From: Chloroflexota bacterium
GTDB lineage: Bacteria; Chloroflexota; Anaerolineae; Anaerolineales; UBA11579
Direction: 5' to 3'
DNA: 64,000 bases
NCBI GenBank assembly: GCA_023485685.1
Contig: JAMCZK010000049.1
Location: forward strand, 1,778 to 65,777
The notes under the pieces were generated by a model, which made no database searches, had not been told where the DNA came from, and saw nothing but the letters and a program-made list of their open reading frames with translations. Shown in pieces: positions 1 to 10,186 of this stretch. The position numbers were made by a program, and so were the translations under genes. How positions within the stretch are numbered: position 1 is the first letter of the stretch; each line of letters starts with the position of its first letter.

Positions 1-408
1 GATCAGGCGTCTGTTTATTGCTACTCCAGGGAAAATAATAGAAATACGTAGACGGGTTAGGCGGGGGTGTTGTTTGAGTGTATATACAATTATTGTTAGC
101 GCATTCCAGCGCTTCAGAAAGCATCCAGTTACCAGTATATGACCATTTGGTTGCTCTGGACCAAAATGAGTAACAAGTACTTGATCTTCGCAATTCAGTC
201 TTCACTTCTCCGCCAGGAGAGAAGACCGTTAAATAGGTAGAGTACCCTCCGCAGCCTTGCTGATCGGCATCTTTTCCGCGACAAGTAAGGTTATAACACC
301 CTGCAATAGCTCGCTGGCATGTCCGTTTTCGATGCCAAATGAAAAGGCAAAGAGCACGGCTGCAATGACCACTCCTATCCATCGAAAGCCGTTTCTTGGG
401 TTTTTCAT
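1..408 (-). pseudogene. Secreted DUF2690-like Cys-containing protein, frameshifted near 310, runs off the window's left edge
   Basis: GGAGG then ATG at 408 gives signal peptide MKNPRNGFRWIGVVIAAVLFAFSFGIENGHAS. A shifted frame continues AIAGCYNLTCRGKDADQQGC...TELRRSSTCYSFWSRA, matching my recollection of the DUF2690 pattern (CxxxxCxGxDxxxxGC...ELRxSxxCxxxWxR), and stays open to base 1. Confidence 0.55.
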
Positions 409-486
409 AAGTTCCTCCCAGCGAAATTTCAACGGTTCGTCCATAAAAATCGTGCTAACATTATCTGTTAATTATCGTTGCGTCAA

Positions 487-696
487 TTAGGGATTCCTGC
501 TACTGTCAGATCTGTAACGTAACGTTGCTTCAGTTCGGTTTCGAACCCCCAATTTTGCATAAATGCTGGTTAAGTGTTTTTCAACTGTGCTCTGCGATAT
601 CCCTAATAGATCGGAGACCTCTGTGTTCAATTTGCCTTGCACTACAAGGTTCATGACCTCCTTTTCTCGATTCGTTAGACCCTTCTGTTCTTCCAT
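487..696 (-). CDS. Stand-alone LuxR/GerE-type HTH regulator
   Basis: LTNREKEVMNLVVQGKLNTEVSDLLGISQSTVEKHLTSIYAKLGVRNRTEA is a LuxR HTH. ATG at 696 follows GGGAGG, so the longer track ORF start (906) is unlikely. Confidence 0.85.
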   Translation of the reverse strand: MEEQKGLTNREKEVMNLVVQGKLNTEVSDLLGISQSTVEKHLTSIYAKLGVRNRTEATLRYRSDSSRNP

Positions 697-1384
697 CTTC
701 CTCCCGTTTGCAGCACCAGCATTGAAAAAAGCAGGAGAGTAAACTTGAATCTGTGTTATCTCAACATAGAACCTTATCTTTTTCCTATGAACGATGTTAT
801 GAACACCTAATGAACCTGCATATGGGATCCGTTTCCGCAGGCGGCCACTAAAAAGGCGAACACAAGGCAGGCGCTTGAAGCCAATTTGTTTCATTTGTTC
901 CTCCAAAAGAGTTGATTTAGGCGGTTATTACCTACATCGATAATACGTCTACTTTTCGGGATTCGGATTAACAAAGACAGGAGAACTAAACCGCCACGCC
1001 GAATACCCGCGGACCCATGGGCAGATCACTGCCGCCGGCAGTTTTAGACAGCTACACTGCCGATTTCCAGCAGTACCACTGCTGGAATAACTCTAGGGAC
1101 GCAATGATGAAAGGGGGTAAAACCATGACAACTACCCCCGTCAGTGAACGCAGCTATTTCACCGACGATTAGACGATGGAAGTTATAAGTTACTTCCGGC
1201 TAGCAGATAGCCACGCCATGCTTGCAGAGTTACACTGAGGTACCTTATGCTGAGGAAGATATACCTTTGTGTTCTTTTGTGTCTTCGTGGTTAGTCGTGT
1301 ATTTGAAAAGCTGCACTGGGAACGTTGATCCCTCGTGGCTCGTTAATCCAAATAACTGGCTTGAAAATTGCATCCGGTTGCCTT

Positions 1385-2416
1385 ATGAAACTGCGCCCGT
1401 TTCTTTTTCTCATTGTTTTCATCTCCCCTGCACTAACAGCCTGCTTCCCTGCCAGCGGCCCGGCCTTTTCCACAGCGGGTACCCCCACGCCCACCCCCTT
1501 CCTGCCAAACTTTTCCGGTGATAATCCGATAGACCAACCCATTTCGTCGGGGTCTGCCCAAGGTGGAAGCCAACCTTCTACCTATGTGGCCAACTTCCCA
1601 CCTCCCAGCGCTGCATCCGACGTTCCCATTCCAAATCCCATTGGTCGTCTTGCACAACCCGAAGGACAGGTGAATATCCTTCTGATGGGATCGGACCAAC
1701 GGCCTAATGATGGCGGTTTTCGTACCGACGTCGTTTTGCTGCTCACGCTCAATCCGGGCGGGGGCAGCGCCAGCCTGACGTCTTTCCCACGTGACCTGTA
1801 TGTCTACGAACCCGGCTGGCGGGTAGATAGGATCAATAGCGCCTTTGCCCGCGGTGGGTTCCAAATGATGGCCGATACGATGGAATACAACTTCGGCGTG
1901 CGGCCCGACCATTACGTGCTGGTCAATTTCGAGGGTTTCAAGACCATCATCGACGCGTTGGGCGGCATTACCGTGCAGGTAGCCCAGCCGCTCACCGATG
2001 AGCGCGACGGCCCTGGAGATTTCAGCGTGCCTGCCGGCTCGGTGACTATGGATGGGGACACGGCGCTATGGTACGTTCGCTCGCGCGGCACCTCCAGCGA
2101 TTTCGACCGCACCCGCCGCGAGCAGGAAGTGCTGGAAGGAATCTTCTGGCGCCTGCTCAGTCTGGATGCGATTACCAAGGCCCCCGAGCTTTACGAACAA
2201 TATAAACAGACCGTAATCACAGACTTGGGTTTCGAAGATATTTTGCCGCTGCTGCCGCTGGCTGCGGATCTAGGAAGCTCAGGCAATATCCATGGATACG
2301 CAATTGGTCCCGAACAGGTAGAGTCGTTCACGACATCCGGTGGCGGCGCGGTGTTGTTGCCTATTTATGATGCTATTTTGCAGATAATGCGCCAAACATT
2401 GAATACGCCAGAATAG
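1385..2416 (+). CDS. LytR-CpsA-Psr (LCP) family protein, probable lipoprotein
   Basis: NILLMGSDQR, RTDVVLL, SFPRDLYV, RINSA, YVRSR..SDFDRTRR motifs; lipobox-like LTAC. Confidence 0.9.
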   Translation: MKLRPFLFLIVFISPALTACFPASGPAFSTAGTPTPTPFLPNFSGDNPIDQPISSGSAQGGSQPSTYVANFPPPSAASDVPIPNPIGRLAQPEGQVNILLMGSDQRPNDGGFRTDVVLLLTLNPGGGSASLTSFPRDLYVYEPGWRVDRINSAFARGGFQMMADTMEYNFGVRPDHYVLVNFEGFKTIIDALGGITVQVAQPLTDERDGPGDFSVPAGSVTMDGDTALWYVRSRGTSSDFDRTRREQEVLEGIFWRLLSLDAITKAPELYEQYKQTVITDLGFEDILPLLPLAADLGSSGNIHGYAIGPEQVESFTTSGGGAVLLPIYDAILQIMRQTLNTPE

Positions 2417-2421
2417 TAGGT

Positions 2422-2482
2422 GTAAGGGCGGGTCTAAGACCCGCCCTTGCTTCATTGGAAGGTCAGAGAACCTCCCCTACGG
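2422..2482. repeat. REP-like palindromes (GTAGGGGCG...CGCCCCTAC family)
   Basis: gtaagggcgggtctaagacccgcccttgc then aggtcagagaacctcccctacgg; related copies near 22602, 35433 and 52023. Confidence 0.7.
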
Positions 2483-2561
2483 ATTAACCAATAGAGGTTC
2501 TCCCAATCCAAGAAAAAGACAGTCTAACGAATCCAGATAACCCCATCTTATAATCTCCATT

Positions 2562-4766
2562 ATGGATTCCTTATCCGGTTCGGTGGTACGCGTCACCTAT
2601 TACAGCGCGGAGAACGGATACAGCGTTCTGCGCATCCGGCCGGAAGGCGAGGCGCCTCACCGAGACACTGAGGGTTTGGTCACCATCACCGGCAACCTGC
2701 CGGAATTAGCGCCGGGGGAGTATTTGCAATTGCACGGTGCATGGGCACGCCACCCCAAATTCGGCATGCAATTCCAGGTGGAGCAAATGGAACAAGCGTT
2801 CCCCGTCACTCTAGAAGGCCTCCGCGGTTACCTGGGCTCCGGGCTTCTTAAAGGCATCGGCCCAGCTTACGCCGAGCGCATTGTCAATCATTTCGGTCTT
2901 GAGACAATCGACATCATCGACAAGCAGCCTGAAAGATTGCGCGAAGTAGCGGACATCGGCCCCAAGCGCAGCCAGCAAATCCTGAAAGCCTGGGAAGAAC
3001 AAAAGCAGATCCGCGGGGTGATGATCTTCTTGCACGGACACGGGGTAAGCACCAACCTGGCCACCAAGATTTACAAACAATATGGCGACCGCTCGCTGGA
3101 GGTTGTTCAGCGCGACCCCTACCAACTTGCCCGCGATATTTACGGCGTGGGATTCAAGACCGCCGACCGCATCGCGCAATCGCTCGGTCTGCCAGCCGAC
3201 CATCCATCTCGGCTGGAGGCGGGCTTGGTATACACGTTGGATGAAATCAGTTCAGATGGCCATGTGTATGCGCCGGAATCTGAATTGGTGAACCGCGCGG
3301 CCGAATTGCTCGGTGGAAGATCTGAAGCAATACGGTCTGCGGTTTTTCGCCTGGCAACTCAGGGGCAGGTCATTGTTGAAGAGCTCGATGCAAGCTCTGG
3401 CGAACCGAAAAAGGAACGACGCGTATATCTAGCCGCATTGCACGCCTGCGAGGTCGGCGTTGCGGAAAGATTGCGCGCTCTGGCGGGCACAAAAGAGAGC
3501 AGGCTGCAAGATATGCCGCTCTACCGGCATGGCCTGGGCCTGCTTGCCTTGGACCGGCGCCTCAGTTCCGTGCAGCAAGAAGCCATCGTGCAAGCCCTGA
3601 ACAACCCCGTCTGCGTGCTGACCGGCGGGCCAGGGACAGGCAAGACCACGACTATCAAGGCATTGATTGCCGCACTGGAAGCGGACAACAAGAAGTATGC
3701 ACTAGCCTCCTCCACAGGGCGCGCGGCTAAACGCCTGGCACAAGCCAGCGACCGGCCCGCCAGCACCATTCATCGCCTGCTGGGTTTCTCGCCGCAGGAA
3801 GGCGCCAAGTACAACGAGGAAAATCCATTACGCGCTGATCTTGTGGTGGTCGACGAAGCCTCCATGCTGGATCTGCAATTGGCGCACAGCCTGCTGAAGG
3901 CGCTAAGACCCGGGACGCATTTGCTGCTAGTTGGTGACGTGGACCAGCTGCCCTCGGTAGGCGCGGGGGACGTGTTGCGCGAGGTGATTGCCAGCGGTGT
4001 CGCCGCGGTCACGCGGCTGAACGTGATCTACCGACAAGCCGAGGGATCTCACATCATTGCCAATGCACACCGCATCAATCAAGGAGAACTGCCACACACG
4101 CCAAAGGTCAGCGATGATTTCTTTCTCTTCCCCGCGCAAAACACAGAGGAAGCCGCCAAATGGGTGGTTGAGCTGGTTACAGAACGGATACCCAGGCGCT
4201 TCCATTTGGATCCCTTGAAGGATATCCAGGTGCTGGGGCCGTTGTACCGTGGTCCAGCGGGCGTCAGCGCCCTGAATGCCGAGCTGCAGCATGCGCTGAA
4301 CCCCGCTTCGCCGTTGAAAACCGAGCGCGCCTTCTTTGGCCAGTTGCTGCGTTCCAGCGACCGCGTGATGCAGGTGTGCAATGATTACGAAAAGGGCGTA
4401 TTCAATGGAGATATTGGGCAGCTGATCGAGATCAGCAATGAGCAGCAAACGCTGACTGTAGATTTCGAAGGCCGATTGGTGATTTACGATTGGAGCGAAG
4501 CGGACGAATTAACGCTCGCCTACGCAGTGACCGTTCACAAATCCCAGGGCTCAGAATTCCCCGCGGTGGTGCTACCGGTGCTCACCCAACATTTCGTGAT
4601 GCTACAGCGGAATCTGCTGTATACAGGGGTCACGCGTGCCAGGCAACTCTGTGTGCTCGTCGGCAACAAGAAGGCCATCGCCATCGCGGTGAAAAACAAC
4701 AAAGTGGCAGAACGCTGGTCGGGATTGGCGCGCAGGCTGAAATCAAGCACAGATAAACACAAATGA
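2562..4766 (+). CDS. recD2: ATP-dependent RecD-like DNA helicase RecD2
   Basis: N-terminal HhH region, Walker A GGPGTGKTT, DEASM, VGDVDQLPSVG, YAVTVHKSQGSE, LLYTGVTRAR. Confidence 0.95.
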   Translation: MDSLSGSVVRVTYYSAENGYSVLRIRPEGEAPHRDTEGLVTITGNLPELAPGEYLQLHGAWARHPKFGMQFQVEQMEQAFPVTLEGLRGYLGSGLLKGIGPAYAERIVNHFGLETIDIIDKQPERLREVADIGPKRSQQILKAWEEQKQIRGVMIFLHGHGVSTNLATKIYKQYGDRSLEVVQRDPYQLARDIYGVGFKTADRIAQSLGLPADHPSRLEAGLVYTLDEISSDGHVYAPESELVNRAAELLGGRSEAIRSAVFRLATQGQVIVEELDASSGEPKKERRVYLAALHACEVGVAERLRALAGTKESRLQDMPLYRHGLGLLALDRRLSSVQQEAIVQALNNPVCVLTGGPGTGKTTTIKALIAALEADNKKYALASSTGRAAKRLAQASDRPASTIHRLLGFSPQEGAKYNEENPLRADLVVVDEASMLDLQLAHSLLKALRPGTHLLLVGDVDQLPSVGAGDVLREVIASGVAAVTRLNVIYRQAEGSHIIANAHRINQGELPHTPKVSDDFFLFPAQNTEEAAKWVVELVTERIPRRFHLDPLKDIQVLGPLYRGPAGVSALNAELQHALNPASPLKTERAFFGQLLRSSDRVMQVCNDYEKGVFNGDIGQLIEISNEQQTLTVDFEGRLVIYDWSEADELTLAYAVTVHKSQGSEFPAVVLPVLTQHFVMLQRNLLYTGVTRARQLCVLVGNKKAIAIAVKNNKVAERWSGLARRLKSSTDKHK

Positions 4767-5258
4767 ACACAGATGATCTGCGTGCGGACCGAAAAAATTC
4801 GCCCAAAGAGGCGCCAACCGTCGAAGCCGCTAACCGTGAACCGTAGGGACAGATTTAGATTTCAAATGACCTTTGCCCGCAAAGCCCTTTGGCTGTAAGT
4901 CAAGATCGTAAAGAAGTAACGCGAAACCTGTCCCAGTCAACCGCGAACCCGCAAGATATAAGGACAGGTTTCAATACTCTTCACCGCCATCACAATTTTT
5001 CCAACCCAGTTGCGTGGCTAAACTTGATTCCTCAAGCAGAAACCTCCCTACGAAACCAACGGCCACTGGTCACCGCACGGAGATACAGAGAAATCTAGGT
5101 AAAAACTCAGTGCTTCCGTGGTTTGATTCTGCTTTTTTGAAAGGAAGGCACTATTACAAGGGTTCAATGGGTAGATTGCTTCGTGCGGCCTCATTTTCAT
5201 TCGGCCCTCCTCGCAATGGCGAAAGAGCGAAGCTAAACCTCGCTCATTCTTAAATAGC

Positions 5259-5284
5259 AAAACGACCCCATCGGGGGCCGTTTT
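5259..5284 (-). terminator. Intrinsic terminator downstream of tmRNA
   Basis: Hairpin aaacgacccc-atc-gggggccgttt with A/T runs on both sides. Confidence 0.7.
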
Positions 5285-5292
5285 ACTATTTG

Positions 5293-5674
5293 TGGAGATG
5301 GCGGGAATCGAACCCGCGTCCGAACGATTAGGTGCATGCACATCTACGAGCGTAGTCGGTTGTGCTTGTCGCCGCATGGCCCACAATCGACAAGGGGGTC
5401 CGCGCGGCCATCCGTTGTGTCTTTCACGTACTAAACGGAGTCGTACGCGGCACTCCGGCATTGTCTCGCCCGTTCTCTCCCAGCCGGAGGGAGGGAGAGG
5501 CGGACGCGGCTCACAGGGAGCCGGGCAACTCTTAGCTAGCCGGTTTTACGCGGCGAGCGGGAGAGCTGCGTAGTCAGTGCTTTTGGCACTTGATTGTTGC
5601 GCTGAGTTAACGAGGTCGGCGCCTCTCGGCTCGCAATGCATGACCAGCCTCATCCGTCGAAGCCAGTCATCCCC
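5293..5674 (-). ncRNA. ssrA: tmRNA; tag peptide (A)AKSTDYAALPLAA*
   Basis: 5' GGGGATG pairs with 3' CATCTCC-A including the G3.U alanine identity pair. T-arm GCGGGTTCGATTCCCGC is present. Tag ORF 5587..5546 ends LAA-stop. TATAAT lies just upstream; CCA is not encoded. Confidence 0.95.
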
Positions 5675-5826
5675 ATGGGGAAATTATAGCAGGCTCCCGT
5701 AAGTGAAGTATTAGAGGGCAGCCACCAGGGGGAAAGAAAAGTCTCCACAATCCCTGACCCAGCTATCCATATTTCCTCCACATTATCCCGTTACTGTTTA
5801 TACAAACCGAAATACGGAGGAACATA

Positions 5827-6792
5827 ATGAAAGCAATAGTGCACTACAAATATGGTTCACCCGATGTCCTCGAACTACGAGACATCGATAAACCGGTGCC
5901 GGCAGACGATGAGGTCCTAGTTAGGGTTCATGCGTCTTCTGTAAACCCAGTAGAGTGGTATGGCATGACAGGATTGCTCCTTGCACGCCCGTCAGCCGGG
6001 TGGCTCAAACCAAAAGACCCCAGACTAGGGACCGATTACGCTGGAGTGGTAGAAGAGGTTGGCGAGAACGTCAAGGATTTTCAACCAGGAGACGAAGTTT
6101 ACGGCGGGAGACATGGGGCTTACGCAGACTATGTGTGTGTTCGCGATGCAGTGGCTCCCAAACCTAAGAGTATTACGTTTGAGCAGGCCGCGGCCATACC
6201 TATTGCGGGCCTTACTGCGCTTCAAGGCCTTCGGGATCACGGGAAGATTCAACCGGGACAAAAGGTTCTGATCAATGGCGCGTCGGGAGGCGTAGGGACG
6301 TTTGCCGTGCAGGTGGCCAAAGCTTTAGGGGCGGAGGTAACCGCAGTTTGCAGTAGCCAAAATGTGGAAAAGGCCCGTTCGCTCGGCGCAGATCACGTAG
6401 TCGACTACCCTAAGGAGGACTTCACCCGAAGCGAGCATCGTTATGACTTGTTGTTCGACATCGCAGGCAGCCGGTCGTGGCGAGAATACAAACGCGTCCT
6501 AGCTCCCAATGCGACTTTCGTCCTTGTCGGAGGCCCAAAAACGCCGTTGATCGGTCCTGTAGGTCACATAATTAGGATAAAACTGGTTTCGCTGAGAGCG
6601 AGTCAAAAAGTGGTTTTCTTCATAGCAAACTTCAATCGAGCTGATTTTGCCGTCATGAATGAACTAATCGCGGCCGGAAAGGTCACACCTGTCATTGATC
6701 GCCAATACAAGCTGAAGGATCTTCCTGAGGCTATGCGTTACTTTGGAGAAGGTCATGCCCGCGGAAAAATTGCCATCACAATGAACGCCTAG
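5827..6792 (+). CDS. NAD(P)-dependent medium-chain dehydrogenase/quinone reductase (MDR)
   Basis: YGSPDVL, ASSVNPV, VLINGASGGVG Rossmann motif, GHARGKI. Confidence 0.9.
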   Translation: MKAIVHYKYGSPDVLELRDIDKPVPADDEVLVRVHASSVNPVEWYGMTGLLLARPSAGWLKPKDPRLGTDYAGVVEEVGENVKDFQPGDEVYGGRHGAYADYVCVRDAVAPKPKSITFEQAAAIPIAGLTALQGLRDHGKIQPGQKVLINGASGGVGTFAVQVAKALGAEVTAVCSSQNVEKARSLGADHVVDYPKEDFTRSEHRYDLLFDIAGSRSWREYKRVLAPNATFVLVGGPKTPLIGPVGHIIRIKLVSLRASQKVVFFIANFNRADFAVMNELIAAGKVTPVIDRQYKLKDLPEAMRYFGEGHARGKIAITMNA

Positions 6793-6898
6793 ATGATACG
6801 CACGCAAGGAAATCAAGAGGGAAGCAAAATATGTATTGATACTTGCATTCTGCTTCCCTCCTCACTATCCTATATCGCTTTTCCCTTATACTCTTCCT

Positions 6899-7573
6899 AT
6901 GCCCGAACTCATCCTCGTCGTCGATGACGAACCCAAGATCCTTCACCTAACGCGCGACTATCTGGTGAAGCAAGGCTTCCGCGTCACCACTGCTGCCGAC
7001 GGTCAATCAGCGCTGGGCGCTGCCCGCAGAGAAAAACCTGATCTGATCATCCTCGACCTCATGCTGCCGAAGTTGGATGGCCGGGATGTGTGCAAAATCC
7101 TGCGGCGGGAAAGCGACGTGCCCATCATCATGCTCACCGCGTTAGGGGAAGAAATTGACCAGGTCACCGGCCTCGAAATCGGCGCGGACGATTACATCAC
7201 CAAACCGTTCTCCCCGCGCGCGTTGGTGGCGAGGGTTCGCGCCCTTCTGCGACGCACGCGCGGAGAAGTCAGAGTCCCAAGCATGATTCGCGTCGCTGGA
7301 CTTGAGATCGACTCCCACAGATATAGCGTGACATTCAAAGGAAAACCAATCAAACTAACTCGCAATGAATTCAAATTGTTGCAATTGCTTGCCAGCCGGC
7401 CGGGGCAAACTCTCAACCGCAGCCAATTACTGGAAGACCTGCATGGCACCGCCTCCAGCTTCGACCGCAGCGTAGATTCGCACATCAAGAATCTGCGTAA
7501 AAAACTCGAGAGCGCTACTGGAACTGGGATGATCGAAACGGTGTATGGGATCGGTTACCGCTTCAATAGATAA
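6899..7573 (+). CDS. OmpR-family response regulator
   Basis: ILVVDD, ILDLMLP, GADDYITKPF, winged helix ending IETVYGIGY; probably leaderless (TATACT 6 nt before ATG 6899). Confidence 0.93.
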   Translation: MPELILVVDDEPKILHLTRDYLVKQGFRVTTAADGQSALGAARREKPDLIILDLMLPKLDGRDVCKILRRESDVPIIMLTALGEEIDQVTGLEIGADDYITKPFSPRALVARVRALLRRTRGEVRVPSMIRVAGLEIDSHRYSVTFKGKPIKLTRNEFKLLQLLASRPGQTLNRSQLLEDLHGTASSFDRSVDSHIKNLRKKLESATGTGMIETVYGIGYRFNR

Positions 7574-7584
7574 ACAGCGACGAA

Positions 7585-8664
7585 ATGACTCAGATTCCAG
7601 ACGAAACCTCCCAAACGACCCCCGAAAGGGAATGGCAAGGAGGAATGCGATTCTTGCCAGTAGCCCTTTTTTTCATTGCCGTCATCCTAATTTTTATTGG
7701 CGGTTCGGCAGCGCTCCTATATAACCTTTTCTCCGAATACTCCGGGATAAGAAATATATGGCTCCTGGTGTGCGGCGTTCCCTTTGCCCTGGTTATCGCC
7801 GTAATCATCATTATTTTTAATCTTTACACCCGCTTTGGTAAACCATTGAGACAAATCTTCGGCGCCATCGATTCTGTCGCCGAAGGAGATCTCAGCGTGC
7901 GTGTACCCGAAGATAGTTCCCCTCAGTTTGGTGAATTGATCAAACGTTTCAATAAGATGGTCATAGAACTCGAACGCGCCGATCAGCAACGCCGCAACCT
8001 CACTGCGGACATCGCCCACGAACTGCGTACGCCGCTGCATATTATCCAGGGGAAATTAGAAGGCATCACGGATGGAGTTTATGAGGCAACGCCCCAACAC
8101 ATCAACGATGCTCTGGAAGAAACCAAATTACTGGGGCGCCTGGTGAACGACCTGCAAACGCTTTCGCTCGCCGAAACGGGTCAACTCCCGCTACACAAAA
8201 CCCGCTTCTTGCTCGGCGACCTCATTCGAGACATCAGCTCAAATTTTTCCTCTCAAGCCGCGTCTCTTGGCGTCCAACTGGAAACAAGAATCGGCGACCC
8301 AAGCCGGCAAATCGCGGCCGATTATGTCAGGTTGACTCAGGTCTTTTCCAACTTAATTTCAAATGCACTTCGTCACACACCCAAAGGCGGGACGATTTCG
8401 CTTGAGACCGAATCCATTGCTGGCGAGCGAAGACTTACTCGTATCCGGGTCAAAGACACGGGCGAAGGCATACCAGCCGAAGACCTCCCATTCATTTTCG
8501 ACAGATTTTGGCGTGCTGAAAAATCTCGCACCCGCGATGGTCACGCCAACAGCGGGTTGGGGCTGGCGATCGCCAAGCAACTTATCCACGCGCACGGCGG
8601 GACGATCGATGTGGAAAGTGAAGTGAGCAAGGGCACAAGCTTTGTAATTGAGTTGCCAGAATAA
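7585..8664 (+). CDS. HAMP-domain sensor histidine kinase (BaeS-like)
   Basis: Two TM segments, HAMP, H-box AHELRTPL, N-box NLISNALRH, G-boxes DTGEGI and GLGLAI. Confidence 0.93.
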   Translation: MTQIPDETSQTTPEREWQGGMRFLPVALFFIAVILIFIGGSAALLYNLFSEYSGIRNIWLLVCGVPFALVIAVIIIIFNLYTRFGKPLRQIFGAIDSVAEGDLSVRVPEDSSPQFGELIKRFNKMVIELERADQQRRNLTADIAHELRTPLHIIQGKLEGITDGVYEATPQHINDALEETKLLGRLVNDLQTLSLAETGQLPLHKTRFLLGDLIRDISSNFSSQAASLGVQLETRIGDPSRQIAADYVRLTQVFSNLISNALRHTPKGGTISLETESIAGERRLTRIRVKDTGEGIPAEDLPFIFDRFWRAEKSRTRDGHANSGLGLAIAKQLIHAHGGTIDVESEVSKGTSFVIELPE

Positions 8665-8695
8665 TACGCTGATCGCTGGCCAAAGAAGAAAACGC

Positions 8696-9629
8696 TCAGA
8701 CCGAGGTGGTGTTTAGCGAGGCCAGGCCCTTTCGCACCGCTTCCGTTTCCGATGTCATGAGTTCAACGACGATTCCATCCTGATCTTCAAGGGCAACTCC
8801 CCACAATCCGTCACGTTCAATAGTTTTTGTTTCTTTATCCTTCACGCGCTCGAAGACAGAGAGCCAACCAGCTTCGTCGGGAATGAGGAAAGCGTAGGAG
8901 TTGAGGCCGGTGAGATCTTTTTCGCGGCGCGGCGCGTTGAGGCTGTGCCAGGTATTGGCGCCCACATGGTGGTGGTAGCCGCCCGCGGCGAAGAAAAGCG
9001 CGGTCGGCATCGCCATCATTACGTCCAGACCCAAACGGTGACGATAGAAGGCCTCCGTGGTTGCCAGGTCGGTTACCTGAAGGTGGATGTGGCCGATATC
9101 CACGCCGGGATCCACCTTTCCAGCTTGGGCTGCAGCCTGGTCGGCTTCTTCCAGCAGCTTGCGCAAATCCAGCGGCAGGTTGCCGGTTTGAAGGACCTCG
9201 TGCAGCTTGGGCCACTCCTCCCGCGGTCGATCGCGGTAGAGCTCGATGCCGTTGCCTTCGGGGTCAGCCAAATAGATGGCTTCGCTGAACTGATGATCCG
9301 CGGCGCCTTGTAACGGATAGCGGGCCGCCACGATTCGGAGCAAGGTGCTGGCTAGCAGCACACGCCCAGAGAAGCGAAAGGCGGTGTGATAGAGGCCAGC
9401 ATGGTGTGAGGTTGAAGGCGCAGGGCGAGCCTCTTTGCTTTCGATTAAGGTCAACAAGGCAGGCGGCTGGCCTGTAGAAGATAACCTGGCGTAGGCAGCA
9501 GTCTTTTCGATCACCTGCATGCCCATCAGGTCACCGTAGAATGCCCACCAAGTCCGCCAGATTGAGCACGTTATATTCGACGTGGGCAATGTGGGTGGAG
9601 GGATGAATTTGGAAGGAGTTATTTGTCAT
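8696..9629 (-). CDS. VOC-family CatE-like ring-cleavage dioxygenase/glyoxalase, with +1 frameshift at about 9545
   Basis: GLYHTAF, DHQFSEAIYLADPEGNGIELYRDRP, IGHIHLQV, GGYHHHVGANTW. The natural N-terminus MTNNSFQIHPSTHIAHVEYNV (ATG 9629) joins in frame if one G is removed from gtGGGcattc. Confidence 0.8.
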
Positions 9630-9630
9630 A

Positions 9631-9686
9631 TTGACACATAGACGATTACCTATTATTATCTATTACATAGATAGCTATCTATGTAA
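9631..9686 (+). promoter_or_regulatory. Sigma70 promoter plus ArsR-type operators
   Basis: TTGACA (9631)-17 bp-TATTAT (9654); perfect palindrome TTACATAGATAGCTATCTATGTAA at 9663-9686; degenerate copy at 9636-9655. Confidence 0.75.
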
Positions 9687-9709
9687 GCCATCCAGCGAAA
9701 GGAGCCAAC

Positions 9710-9781
9710 ATGTTCGCAAAGGACGAAGAACTGGCCGTCATTGGTGACGGCGGTTGTTGCGGCGGCACCGGCTGCTGCTAA
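9710..9781 (+). CDS. Unannotated 23-aa Cys-rich micropeptide MFAKDEELAVIGDGGCCGGTGCC
   Basis: AAGGAG SD shortly before the ATG, own promoter and operator, two vicinal CC pairs; below the ORF-track cutoff. Confidence 0.75.
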   Translation: MFAKDEELAVIGDGGCCGGTGCC

Positions 9782-9856
9782 CAGTTGACAGTAGACTGTT
9801 GACAGTAAACAGCCAATGAATAACAGTTCGCTTCTCACTATTTAACTCGCCCGTTG

Positions 9857-10186
9857 TTATTTAACTTGGTCCAGGTGGACGAACTGCTCCGCGGCCGCAG
9901 ATTCCGGCGCGAAGGTGGTAATCAGCTGGCCGCAGCAAAAGGCAACTTTTTCCTGGTTTAGCAAGTAATAGGTATTCTTGCCTTTCTCTTCAGCCTTCAC
10001 CAGGCCAGCTTCCCGAAGGACGGCCAGATGGTGTGACACCGTGGGCTGGCTGACGTTTACCGCTGCGACGATCTGATTCACGTTGCGCCATTCACAACAG
10101 CAGCTTTCCATGATCTGCTGCCGCGTCGGGTCTGCCAAAACCTTGGCAAAAGCAACCGGATCCAGAGAGTTTGCTTTCATTTTCAT
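9857..10186 (-). CDS. ArsR/SmtB family metalloregulator with CCC and C-terminal CC motifs
   Basis: AKVLADPTRQQI, SQPTVSHHLAVLREAGLV; ESCCCEW and FCCGQL; TTGACA-17-TAAACT promoter and operator ATATTGACAGCTTTCGATAT adjoining the start. Confidence 0.9.
   Translation of the reverse strand: MKMKANSLDPVAFAKVLADPTRQQIMESCCCEWRNVNQIVAAVNVSQPTVSHHLAVLREAGLVKAEEKGKNTYYLLNQEKVAFCCGQLITTFAPESAAAEQFVHLDQVK

Noticed and set aside
697..906. N-terminal extension of the LuxR protein in the ORF track
   Set aside because: It looks like no known domain. A shifted frame after ATG 894 reads KLASSACLVFAFLVAACG then stops, suggesting a decayed lipoprotein remnant, but this is too weak to call.
5048..5573. ORFs 5048..5461 and 5292..5573
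   Set aside because: They overlap the tmRNA gene and have no protein features.
9656..9838. 60-aa minus-strand ORF between the VOC gene and arsR
   Set aside because: No SD, and it is antisense to the better-supported 23-aa peptide with its promoter and operator.
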